DNA from: Rhizaria sp. SCN 62-66
Lineage: Eukaryota
Assembly (NCBI GenBank): GCA_001724265.1
Contig: MEDY01000171.1
Coordinates: forward strand, 62,001-100,446
Direction of reading: 5' to 3'
DNA: 38,446 nucleotides
Shown here: positions 1-10,981 of the stretch, piece by piece
How positions within the stretch are numbered: position 1 is the first letter of the stretch
Layout of the letters: each line of letters begins with the position of its first letter
Notes under the pieces: model-generated
Databases searched by the model: none
What the model was told of the DNA's origin: nothing
What the model saw: the letters and a program-made list of their open reading frames with translations, nothing else
Translations under genes and position numbers: made by a program

Positions 1-1133
1 GCGCGGGGCGACCCCATGGCCGCGCCGGCCGCACTTAAGGAGCTCGAGCTGAAGCTGGAGCAAGATATCAGACTGGCGGCACTCGACGAGGATGAAGATG
101 ATGTCGTCGTGGAATGAAACGGGGAGGCCGACAGCAGACGGCGCGGCGAGCCCATGCCGAGCGGCGAGCGCGGGCCCATCGCGCCAGCAGCCAGCCCGCC
201 GCCGCCGCCGCCGCCACTGCCAGTGACGCCGGCGGCGGCGCAGAGCCCGCTGGCGGACATGGACGGCATGGCCATTGAAACCATGGCGGCCGCGGTGGGC
301 GCGGGCGCAGGACCCATCCCGGCAGCGCCGCCGGCTGCTGTGATCACCGAGGACGCCGAGCGCGCGCCCGAGGGCGACATGGGCGCCGCCAGCGAGGCCT
401 GCGGCAGACGCCGCGGGCTGCCAAGTCCGTGCTGCGCCGCGCTGATACTCTGCGACGGCGACATGAAGCCGCCGGGCGTGGCATGGGCGCGGCGCGGCGT
501 CGAAGGAAACGCGCCGCCCGCGTGGCCCGAGCCAGCCGCGTCGGTGGCGGCAGCGGCGGCAGCGATGTGCACGGGGGACGACAGCAGGCCGCGCGATGTG
601 GTGGCGCCGCTGTGCAAAGTCGCACATGCGGCGTGGGTGGGAGTGCCGGGGATGCGGCGCGGAGTCGCGGGCAGCAGCCGGCTTGCGCCACCGCCACCAC
701 TGGCAAACACGGCCGCAGAGGGCGTGGCGGCATGGCGGTGCGGCGTCTGCGGCGCGGCTGCGCGGTCGGGCGACGATGCAACTGGTTGAGGCTGCACAGA
801 CGCGGCTGCGGCGGCGCTGAGCGTGGCTGGTGCAGAGGGACTAAACCCGAGCGGGTTGGGGACAATAAAAAACGTCGCCAACGGGGCTACCGGGGAGTGT
901 GAGTTCATTGTGAAGCGGGCTGAGGAGGAAACCGAGCTGGAGAGCTGTGCGGGCTGCAAAGGGGAGCGGTGACCAGAACCCGTCGATGGCGCGGGCGGGG
1001 TCATGACCGGAGACTTAGACCGCGTCAGGGTAGTCTCTGCTACTTGAGCAGCCGCTGGGGCTAAGGGAGCAGGCTGAAAGGCGAGGTTCTCAGCGCTTGT
1101 GGCGCTGAAAGCATACCCAGTCGAAGCTGACAT
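1..1133 (-). CDS. 5' part of an unknown Ser/Pro/Ala-rich disordered protein; runs off the left edge of the window
   Basis: ATG at 1133-1131 (MSASTGYAFSATSAENLAFQPAPLAP...) opens a stop-free, GC-rich frame down to base 1. It is missing from the ORF track because it has no stop in the window. Contains TPHR, TPRR x2 and SPRR x2. Confidence 0.75.
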   Translation of the reverse strand, partial: MSASTGYAFSATSAENLAFQPAPLAPAAAQVAETTLTRSKSPVMTPPAPSTGSGHRSPLQPAQLSSSVSSSARFTMNSHSPVAPLATFFIVPNPLGFSPSAPATLSAAAAASVQPQPVASSPDRAAAPQTPHRHAATPSAAVFASGGGGASRLLPATPRRIPGTPTHAACATLHSGATTSRGLLSSPVHIAAAAAATDAAGSGHAGGAFPSTPRRAHATPGGFMSPSQSISAAQHGLGSPRRLPQASLAAPMSPSGARSASSVITAAGGAAGMGPAPAPTAAAMVSMAMPSMSASGLCAAAGVTGSGGGGGGGLAAGAMGPRSPLGMGSPRRLLSASPFHSTTTSSSSSSSAASLISCSSFSSSSLSAAGAAMGSPR

Positions 1134-1446
1134 CGCTGGACACGCGAGGGACCTAGACTACTTCGAACACACAAGGAAGACCGCTGTTTAAGGATGCTTT
1201 AGATACATTTTATTATATTTTAAACACAGATACCTCGTAGAAGTTCAGAAACGGCTTTATCAACGATGAATATGCAGCGTGGCTCGGCTTTCAAAGCAGC
1301 GCCACGCTCAACGGATACTGCCTCCAAGCAAGCGAGCGAGCCAGCTGTGGCGGTTCGCAAAAAAAATATCCAGCAGCAGACTAGAGGAAGTAGCAATAGA
1401 GATTACTTTGTTGGCGTTATACACTGCGCAGAACCGTCATCTCGCG

Positions 1447-3352
1447 ATGAAGTTTCCAGTGACTGTTGCACTTGCGCTCTTCGCAGCGGTTGTTGCATTT
1501 CTGTCCCACTCGGCGGATGCTGCGACAATCTATCCTCAGCCCTCCAAGGTCAAATATGATGAGAAGACGACGTACTCGATGCGCCGCGAGCAATTTAAGT
1601 TCGATGTCGCATCTGGGTCTTCTGAGATTCTGGAGTCGGCGTTCCGCCGCTATACGAACATCATTTTCGGCGACGCCAAGTCCGTGCAGCAGCGCCTCTC
1701 AGGGCTGCGCGCGCCCATGCTGGCCAACCCTTTCGCCCACACCGGCTGCAACAGCAACGCCACCGTGACGCGCCTGGTGGTGACTGTCTCGTCGACCAGC
1801 GAGGTGTTGCAGCCTGAGCAGGACGAGAGCTACATGCTCGAGACTGACAAGCCTTCGATTGCCTACCTGACTGCCCCCACCGTGTGGGGTGCCCTGCGCG
1901 GCCTCGAGTCCTTCGCCCAGCTCGTACGTCATCCTTTCTTTCAAGCAATGTTTCGACTGACATCCATCTCCATGTTCAAACAAATTAACCTGAAGATAAT
2001 TGCCTCACTTTTTTCTCTACCAAAATCCTTTGTTTATTTCCTTGTTAACCCCTGTTGCTCTTCTTGAACCCCCTTCGCACGCTCTTTACTGACCGTTTGA
2101 AACACCATATCTGCACTCCCCGCGACTTGTCTGTTGTGTGACATCATCTGCTCCCCAGGCCGTGCGCTCGCTTGAGGGCGCGGTGACTCTGCACTCGGCC
2201 GTTGTGAGCGACTCGCCGCGTTTCCAGTACCGTGGCTTCATGATCGACACGTCGCGCCACTTTTACCCTCTGCGCGTCCTTTACCAGCACATCGACGCCA
2301 TGTCGTACGCCAAGTTCAACGTGCTGCACTGGCACATTGTCGACGACACGTCGTTCCCTTACGAGTCATCCACGTTCCCCGAGATGGCGCAGCAGGGCGC
2401 GTTCTCGCCGCGCCATACCTACTCGCACAAGGACATCGCTGATGTGCAGCGCTACGCGCGCTTCCGCGGCATCCGCGTCATCCCCGAGTTCGATGTCCCG
2501 GGACACGTGACCAACGGGTATCTCGCGCTCAAGCCGCAGATTGTGACCACGTGCTACGACGTGCCGCGCTACCCCACGGGTCCGCTGAACCCGACGATCA
2601 ACGCTACATACGAGTTCCTGGACAAGTTCTACGACGAGCTTAAGACGGTGTGGGACGACAAGTACTTCCACATCGGCGGCGACGAGGTCGTCAAGCGGTG
2701 CTGGATGTCGAACCCGCAGATCAAGCAGTGGATGACTGAGCACCCCGAAATCGCCGACTACCACGAGCTGCAGAACTACTTCACGCGCAAGCTGCTCGCG
2801 ATGCTGAAGCAAAAGGAGCTGCAGTACATCTGCTGGCAGGAGGTCTTTGACTCGGGCGCGGACCTGCTGCCCGACACGCTCGTCGAGGTCTGGATCCCCG
2901 AGAAGTGGCAGGAGACTATGGAACGCGTGACGGCCAAGGGCTACAAGACCGTCCTCGCGGGCCCCTACTACCTCAACCTCATCAGCTACGGGCTTGACTG
3001 GCACAACTACTGGCGCGCCGAGCCCACCAATTACACCGGCGGCGTCGAGGCCGAGAAGCATGGCCTCATCGCGGGTGTCGAAGTCGCCATGTGGTCAGAG
3101 TACGTAGACGCGACCAACTTTGTCGCGCGCTCCTGGCCGCGCGCCGCCGCCGTCGGCGAGCGCGGGTGGTCTCCCAAGAACGTCACCGACATCGAGGACG
3201 CGTCGCGCCGCCTGCACGAGTTCCGTTGCAAGCTGCTCAAGCGCAACATCAACGCGCAGCCCATCACCAACGGCGCCAACCAGACGTCGCCCGTGCTCTT
3301 CAAGCACCACTGCGAGGAGGAGTGGGAGCCCCACTACGATCCCGTCTTCTGA
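1447..3352 (+). CDS. Beta-N-acetylhexosaminidase (GH20) with signal peptide; exons 1447-1923 and 2159-3352, ~556 aa
   Basis: Signal peptide MKFPVTVALALFAAVVAFLSHSADA. GH20 motifs DESYML, TVWGALRGLESFAQL, PRFQYRGFMIDTSRHF, KFNVLHWHIVD, GIRVIPEFDVPGH, catalytic HIGGDE, MWSEY and WPRAAAVGERGWS. Ends in TGA. Confidence 0.96.
1924..2158 (+). other. Spliceosomal intron (235 nt, phase 0) in the hexosaminidase gene
   Basis: GTACGT...CTCCCCAG, AT/pyrimidine-rich; removal joins ...ESFAQL|AVRSLEG... in frame. Confidence 0.9.
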
Positions 3353-3968
3353 GCGACAATCGCGCATGTGCCAGCACGCCCAAAACATACAGCGACAACG
3401 TCGCTCCTCTCAAGAGAGCGCGCCAAGTCATGCAACTACTATCAGTCAGCCCCATATCTATTTCTGTCTGTTTATAAAGCTAATGGAGCGGTCCCAGAAC
3501 ACTCTTCACTCATTGGTTTGTCTTAATAAATACGAATAAGTTTTGCATTAACGTCGAGTTGTGTACTCATGACGGTTTTGATCAGATTGGATTTAACGTG
3601 ATTGGTGCGTTGCACTGATGAAAATCGTTTTTTGGCAGCAAGCCAAACCTTATTACCAGTCCCCTTCCAAAGCTATATCCACCTCGTGAACTCGTTATTT
3701 ATCTCTGCTGGTGGATTATGTTATGTGACATCTTTTTTTTGTATTAGTTCATTACTTGACATTATGATATACTTGCGTCTTCGATTGTAGTGCATCATTG
3801 TGTGCGTACGGCCACATCGCATTCCAAGCGGGTCGACGTGCTCAATTCTCCGCTTGTACGGTGGACATAACGAAAACAACAGGGGGGCTCCTTTTGCCCA
3901 TCCACTGACGCACTTATAAGGACACAAGCTTTTGGCGGCACTTGCGCCGGCCTTGTATATATCCTCCC

Positions 3969-6900
3969 ATGACACCACAGACACGTTGGTTGCCGTTTAC
4001 CAGTCTCCTTGTCCTGACAGTAATTGCTTTCTCGGCGTCGCTAGCCTCTGCAGGCGTGATCCCGGGCGAATGGTTTTGTCGCAGCACGACTTCGTCTACG
4101 GGGTACGATTCCTGCACCGCTGTGTGCCCCCCTGGCTGCTCGCCATACATGACTCGCGTGCTCGCGACCGAGCCCGTGTGCGTGGTTATGGGCGCGATCG
4201 TCGACTCGGAGCAAGCCGCGCTCTCCTGCGCCTCTACTCTGGTGTCGCCCGTCGAGCTCACGACGGCCAACTACGGCCAGACATGCATGTCCACGTCGCG
4301 CTGTTCGTACATCTGCGCGACGGTGGCGAGCGTCCTGGCCCGCGAGACCGACTCCAACGCCTCACTCATCGCTGCAGTTTGCACTGACCCCGAATCGCCT
4401 TCCTTGCTCGCGCTCGCCGCAACCGACCCGTCCGCTACTCTGGCCTCGGCCGCGACGACATGGCCTACGTGCGACGTGGCGTGCGGCGTGAGCGCCAAGC
4501 CGCGGCCCATCTACTGCGTCGACAGAACGCTCGTCACGCTGGGCCAGCCCTTCGCCGTCGCCTCGGGAGTGACGCTCGAGACTTGCGTTGTGGGCGTCGC
4601 CTCCGCGGGCGTTGCGCCGGCCGCCGCCAAGCTCTGCGTTGGCGTCAACTGCGCCGTGCGCCGCTGGGAGTGCTCGCTTCTCGCCGTCGCGCGCGCCGAC
4701 GCTGCCGCCGCAGCCGCGTACAACGCGTCGCTGCTCGACGCCGGCTACACGCCCTTCGCCGCCCCCGCGGCCGACGCCACCGAGAGTGAGATCGCGGCCC
4801 GCGCCGTCGCCGAGGCCGCCGCGGTGACCACCGGCGTGCTGGCGGGCGCCAACGCTGCGACTGGTGTGAACGACTGGGCCGACTGCGCCTTCACCTCAGT
4901 TGCGCTCTGGTAGGCGGCCTGCGACGCCGGCTGCGGCACCAGCACGCGCCGCCGCGTCGCGCGTTGTGTGCTCTCCAACGGGCTTTCCACGGGAAATGAC
5001 GACCCCTCCGCGGTGCGTCTGCTGCCGGTCTCGCCGCTCAGCGCGCGCGCAGTGCCCGGCACGCCCGCGCCCTCGGCGGCGCTGGCGCTATCCCCCTGCG
5101 CGCTCACATCCACGGTCCCTCTCACGTCGTCCAGCTGCACCGACTACACGAGCTGCGAGGACCCGCCGCAGTGGATGTGTGCGCCGCCCGCCTCGCTCGA
5201 CGGCGAGGACGAGAGCGCGGACGGCAGTGGCAGTGTGGCTGTCGTTCCTAGCGCGCTCATGTCGTGCGATTTCGCGCCGCTGTCGCCCGCGCTGCCGCCC
5301 GGCCCGCTCAACGGCGGCTTTCGCGCCTGCCCGGTCGTATCCGGGTGCATCTCCAGCAGCGTGGTGACGTACCGCAACGTCGACTGCTACCACCACGGCC
5401 AGCGCGTGTCTGCCGCGGCGTGTCTCGAGATGGCGCCGCGGCCCGTCTCGTCAACGCAGTGCGCACCCGCCGTGGACCGCTGCGTCATCACGTACCCCGC
5501 CAACGCGCCGTGCTACACGGCCACTGGCGGCACGGCGACCTGCCAGTTTATCTCTGGGACCACATCCACGTTCCTGTACCGCTACGCCTCGTGCGCGGAC
5601 CCTAACACGACGCTGACTCGGCCGGGCTCCTGGTGCTGGGGCGATGGCCCGACGCCGTTCGTGTATTGCAATGATCTTCCCGTATGCGGAGCCTACGACC
5701 CGGCCACGGGAGAGCGCGCGCCCGACCGCTACAAGTCGCGCTGGTCGACGTCGCTGGAGCCGGGAGACGGCGTGCTGAGCACATTTTCCGGCATCCCGCT
5801 TGTGAGCACTAACATCTCGGTCACCTACGGTCAGTGCGTATTCAGCATGACAACAACGTGTCGCTCACACATGTTTTCGCCTGCTTTCTGTGAGGTTGCC
5901 TTTGATCCCACTGAAGTGTCTACTTATCCTCCCGGCGTCTGGGCGCGCGCACCGCTGTCCATGTGCGACTTCGACACGGCGCCCCCGACTGTGGTGGCGT
6001 GCGAGTCCGGGGTCGGTCCTGACCCCGCCACGGCGTGCGGGGCTTACGGCCGCTGCGCGCTGTCTTCGGCCGTGTCGCCCGTCGACGGCCTGCTCTACGG
6101 AGGCTACTCGGGCACGTGCGTGTGCTCCACGGGCGCCTTCGGGACCTACTGCGACAAGACACGCGTCGTAGGCGCCGTCACCGCCACAGTAGTCGAGTCT
6201 GGCGCGTCGCTGCTCGTCACGTTCCGCTTCCTCGACGATACAGACATTGCGTCGCCAGTGGTCGCACCGCGCGTCGACAAAGTTGTAGTCACGCTCGAGG
6301 CCGTCGTTGCCTCGGCTACTGACGCTAACGGCGATGGTGATTACGTGACCGATTCTTCATTCCCGCTAATCTCACTGGGTACCTTTGCACCGTACCCGCT
6401 GTACGACCCCGGGACAGGCCGTGTCGTCTTTGTGACCTCGCTGTTGAGCGCAGACCGCGTCGTGCCGATTCCCGCGGGGCGCTACCGCGTGCGTGTGCGC
6501 GTGCCGACGCTTACCGCCTCGCCTGCGGGGCTTCAGACGGGCTTTGCTGACGTTTCACCCGTGGTCCTCATTCCAGAGGCCTGCGCGGGGCTCTGTGGCA
6601 ACGGCGGCGCGTGCGACGGCACCTCGGGCCACTGCGTGTGCGTCAACGGCTGGTCCGGGACTCAGTGCCAGGTGCCGCCGTGCGAGACTGCCGGCTGCAA
6701 TCCCCACGGCAGCCTCTGCGTCATGGACGCCGCTGCCCGGTTGCGTGTGTCGCCGATTTTGTTCCAGTTGGCTGAGTCTTCCGGGGTTGCCGTCGCGCGC
6801 TGTGTGTGCACAACGCACCCAGACACGGGCGCGCCGCTCTACACGGGCCCGAAGTGCATGACACCCGTGGCCAACTGCTCCCTCTTGCCCGCCTGTGCGA

Positions 6901-9818
6901 ACGGTGGCACGCACACTGCGGAAACCAAGGCGGACGGTGAGATTGGCTGCGGCGCGTGCCAGTGCCAGGGCTCTTGGTCCGGTGTGTTCTGCGGCACGTG
7001 CAACCACGCATGTTACACTGCGGGAGGCGTAGCTAACGCAACGTGCTCGGGCTGCACCTGCATCGCAGGCTGGACGGGTTTGTCGTGCGCGTGCCGCTAT
7101 GCCACAATCCGCATCGATTTCGCGGCCTCGCACAACTCGCTCGTCTGGCGCGCCGCACAGGACGCTGCCGTCGCCGCGGCGGAGGCGGCTGGGAATGCGA
7201 CCGCCGTGGCTGAAGCGCGCGCGCGGCGTCAGGTGGCGAAGAGAGTGTGGCTGTCGACGGTGCAGGACGAGCTCGACGTTATTATTAATGGTGACAGTCA
7301 GGCGACTGCGATTTCCATGGTGATTGTGGAGCAGTATGTCGGCACAACCGAACTCACGGCGACCGACCGCATGATCTTGGTGCAAAGCAGCACCAACAGC
7401 AGCAGTGTGTCGACACTGAGTACTGTTTCAGTCTCGTTCCAACTGCACAACCTGCTTGCCTGCGCGGGTAAGGAAGTGTACCTGGAGACGTTTTACTCCG
7501 CGATCCGCCGCGACGTGCGCGACTTTCTCTCGCTGTCTGGCGACCCCGGCGCCATCACCTCCGGCAATAGCTCTTTCCTTTTCGCATTGCTGCCTGGCAA
7601 CGACGACAATGATAGCATTTTCTCGGACTCTGCCGCCGCCACTGCAGCCTCCGCGTTTGCGGCGCAGCACCACATGTCGCCGCGAGAGCGTTTGCACCGC
7701 CACCGCGCCAATCGCCGCTCACATGCTCTCAAGCACGGTGCAGACGGCTCTTACAAGCGCATGCACGACACCACCACACTCACAGTCACCCACTCGGCTT
7801 CCGTGCCGCGAGCCTTCGCTGCGGCACCGCTGGTGACCTCCTCCAGCGACGTCTCCGAGCTTAACATGGACCCCATCTACGCCGCAATTGCGCGTCTCGT
7901 CCTCGCTTTCAACCGCGGCGCCTTCGGCGGCAGCGACACGCTCTCTGGTGTCACGCCCGACGGCGGCCTCGGCGTCAGCGACCCCGTCTGCGACAGCGCT
8001 GCGAGCGCTGACGCCGACTTTGCCACGACTGATCTGGCCGCTGCGACTGCAAGCGTGACGTGCCCAGCCGGCGTTCCCGGCGCAGTGGTTGCGTTTCCAA
8101 GTGAACTTCCCGTGGATATCTCGGAGTCCACCGGGTCGGGTCTTGCGCCCGCGACTGTTGGCATCATTGCCGGCTGCTGCGCCATTGCCGCTCTGGCCGC
8201 GCTCGTCGCGGTCCTGGTGTGGTTCCGGCTGTTGTGTTTCGCAAAGCCCGCGACCGACGACGGCGCGCAGGAGCCCGCGCCAGTGCTCGATACGCTGGCT
8301 GCTGCGGACGAGGAGGTCGCCTCTGGTTCCGTGACTGAGCAGCACAAGGCGCCTGCTTTCGGCACAGCCGCGTTTGAAGCCGCGACTGCTGCTGCTACTG
8401 CAACTATGTCCTCGACAGACTCCCACCTTAATAATCGTGGCAAAAGACCGCCAGCCGCATGCCAGAAGACGCCCGCAGTTGAGGAAGATTCGCAATTCTT
8501 CTCGCTCGGAACAGTCACACTCGTCACCACAGGAAAGCCTAGACCTGGAGACGACGACTGCGGTACGACTCCTGCCGCAGAGCGCCAACGCGCGCGCCAA
8601 GGTCGCGCAGTGCCGCGGCATTGTCCGGCGCCGCTGTACCCACCCTCGCTGCCGCGTGTGGACAGCACCGAGCGCGCGGGGCTGGCGCTCGACGTGGGCC
8701 CCCCATTCCTGTCCGCGGGCGACGCGCTCTACTTCCCTGCGCCCGACTCCGTTGCGGCGGATGCGGCCGCGCCCAACGCCTCGGCAGAGCCCAACGCCGC
8801 AGCTTCTCCTGGTGTGACGACGCATCAGACCGACGGTCACGGGCGCCATAAACGCACCCCACTTGCCGCGCAGCACCCTTTCCCCGCCGCAATGTCCACC
8901 AACGCGTTCCCTCGGGCCGCCACTGCGGCGGCCACCGAGCGCGCAAGCTTTGCCGGCGGTCGCAGTGACGGCGCTCCCGCCACCGCCGCCATGGACGCAG
9001 ACGCAGACGCAGGCCCCGAAGACCCGTTCAACAGCGGACAACTGCGCTTGGGCTCTCGCGCAGCGGCGATGCACTAGAGACACGAGACGGCGTCCACACT
9101 GCCTCCGGTGCGCGCCCTGCAGCATTCGCCGGCGCGCCACATCCACTTCGACGTCTCCAACCCGGGTACAGCCCTCGACGCGGTGACGGTCAGAGGCAGA
9201 CCTGCGGGTGGAGGTCCGCTGCCGTTGCCGTCGCCGTCGCCGTTTTCGTCGCTGCCGCACCCGGCGCCGCCCGACTGCTCGTCTGTGCCCGTCACTGCTC
9301 CAGTGAGTACACCCGTCTTTGTAACCGCCTCCTCGAATGTGCCTTCTTCTGCTTCTGCATTTCCTGCATCTGGTTCTGGGTTTCTCCCTGCACCTGTGCC
9401 TGCGCCAGTACTGCGTCCGTCGGCTGCGTCAACGGCGTCTTCGTCCGTGTCAACGTCTGCTTCTCCCCTGCTCAGGATCGGAACTTCACTCGTGGTGGGG
9501 ACCTCTACTGCGCCAGCCGTGCCTGCGGCGCCCGCGACAGCGGCGCCATTGGCCGTTTGTGCAGTGTCCTCTGTCCCCTCGGCTGCTGGCGACGGCCCTG
9601 GTGATGCAGACGGAGATGGAGACATCGACCGCAATGAAAGCGTTCGGACTGTCGCTACGGCATCGACACCGTCGACCGACCACTCCATGGACGTGAGCCC
9701 GTACGTGACCACGGATGGCGTGCAGTCGGCGCGGCCACGCGCGCGGCCGCGGGCGTGGGAACAGGGCCTGTGGGCCGTGACCAACTCCCCACAGCAAGCC
9801 TCGTCGCCTCCGCAGTAA
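3969..9818 (+). CDS. Large Cys-rich type-I membrane protein (TSP1-like and EGF-like repeats, one TM helix, long low-complexity tail), ~1949 aa, containing two in-frame TAG codons (4911, 9075)
   Basis: ORF-track pieces 3942-4913, 4968-9077 and 9108-9818 are in one frame, separated only by TAG. Signal peptide MTPQTRWLPFTSLLVLTVIAFSASLASA. TSP1-like WPTCDVACG and W*AACDAGCGTSTRRRVARC. EGF-like CGNGGACDGTSGHCVCVNGWSGTQC and CQCQGSWSGVFC. TM VGIIAGCCAIAALAALVAVLVWF at ~8157-8225. Final stop TAA. Confidence 0.85.
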
Positions 9819-10981
9819 GAGTGGCACTCGGCCAGCATACCCTGTTTCGACCTTCTTTTTTTAATTTTGTTTGTATAATAAGAACTATCCTTAACTTTAA
9901 CGCGCATTTTATATTTCATGCTTGAAGTACTTAGTGATATAATGTAACTTCCCTCCGATCTTTCTTCCGCTTCTTCATGTGTGACGCTATTTGTTTTACT
10001 ACTTCAAGGTTGTTGTGCCTTGTTGGAGATATTATTTTTTTGTTATAAGTTGTTCTTAACACATTTTTCATGAGCTACATGCTCATTTCTCGATTCTACT
10101 TTGTTACTGTGGACACAATGTCGCAATGATTATCGCACTCGTGATAGAGGGTCTGAGTTAAAAAATGCCTACAAGACAATGTGATGCCTTGCATGATGCG
10201 ATGAATCGGTCTTGGATCATATTTTCTTCACCCCGTTGTGCAAAGATTGTACACAGAACCAACACGACCTGCCGACAAGCTCGAATATGCAACCTGTCCC
10301 ATGCCCCATATTGTCGCTTCACGTCGTCTCCCGCTTTTAAGATCAGAATGTTTATGATGAGAGTTAGCGCGCGTCCACGCAGGTTCAACCCGTACAATAC
10401 AGACGGGGTATCTTCCAATGTATACATGTTTTCACGACTCTCGTGATTAGCCGGATCATCGATGAACTTGATTTGTTAGCGCTTGATTTGTGAGCTACCA
10501 CGTTACTTTGCTAAACATGAACACTTGGACTGAAATAAGTTGTATTGCTCAAACATAGTGGCTAGAGTATATTTATGCAAAAATATAAATGTAGCTGTAC
10601 AGTAGCTTATATACACAAACGATTTAGGTGGTTTATAAATCATGTCTTGTCAAGTGGTTCTGGCGGAGATTGGAGCCATTTTTTCGGAACCGTTTTTCTG
10701 CTGTGATCAATGGATTGGTTTTGCTTTCCCGTTCATAACCAGGTTTTCGTCACATGTATCGAGATACTACACCTTTAGTCGTAATACCCATGCTGCCCTA
10801 TGTACTGATCTATTTCGTATGCATGTTCAGCCGAGATGTCATCCACTGGCTTGACTGTAAGGCAACGTCACCTCTTAAACCCAGATCATGGCACTTTTCT
10901 CACTGAGCCCCTTCTCCTGCGTAACACTGCCGTTGCAGTATTCTTTTTCTTGGTGCAGCTTCATTGTTTATAACCGCGCAA

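Noticed and set aside
4910-4967. Intron starting at GTAGGC that would remove the first TAG
   Set aside because: The following sequence is GC-rich and encodes the TSP1 cysteines, unlike the AT-rich introns seen in this window.
10360-10400. GGTTCAAC resembling a tRNA T-loop (checked while looking for a UAG-decoding tRNA)
   Set aside because: The flanks do not form a T-stem or cloverleaf; no tRNA gene was seen in the window.
10158-10446. Short ORFs on both strands in the intergenic region
   Set aside because: About 90 aa, AT-richer than real exons and with no motif; cannot be supported.
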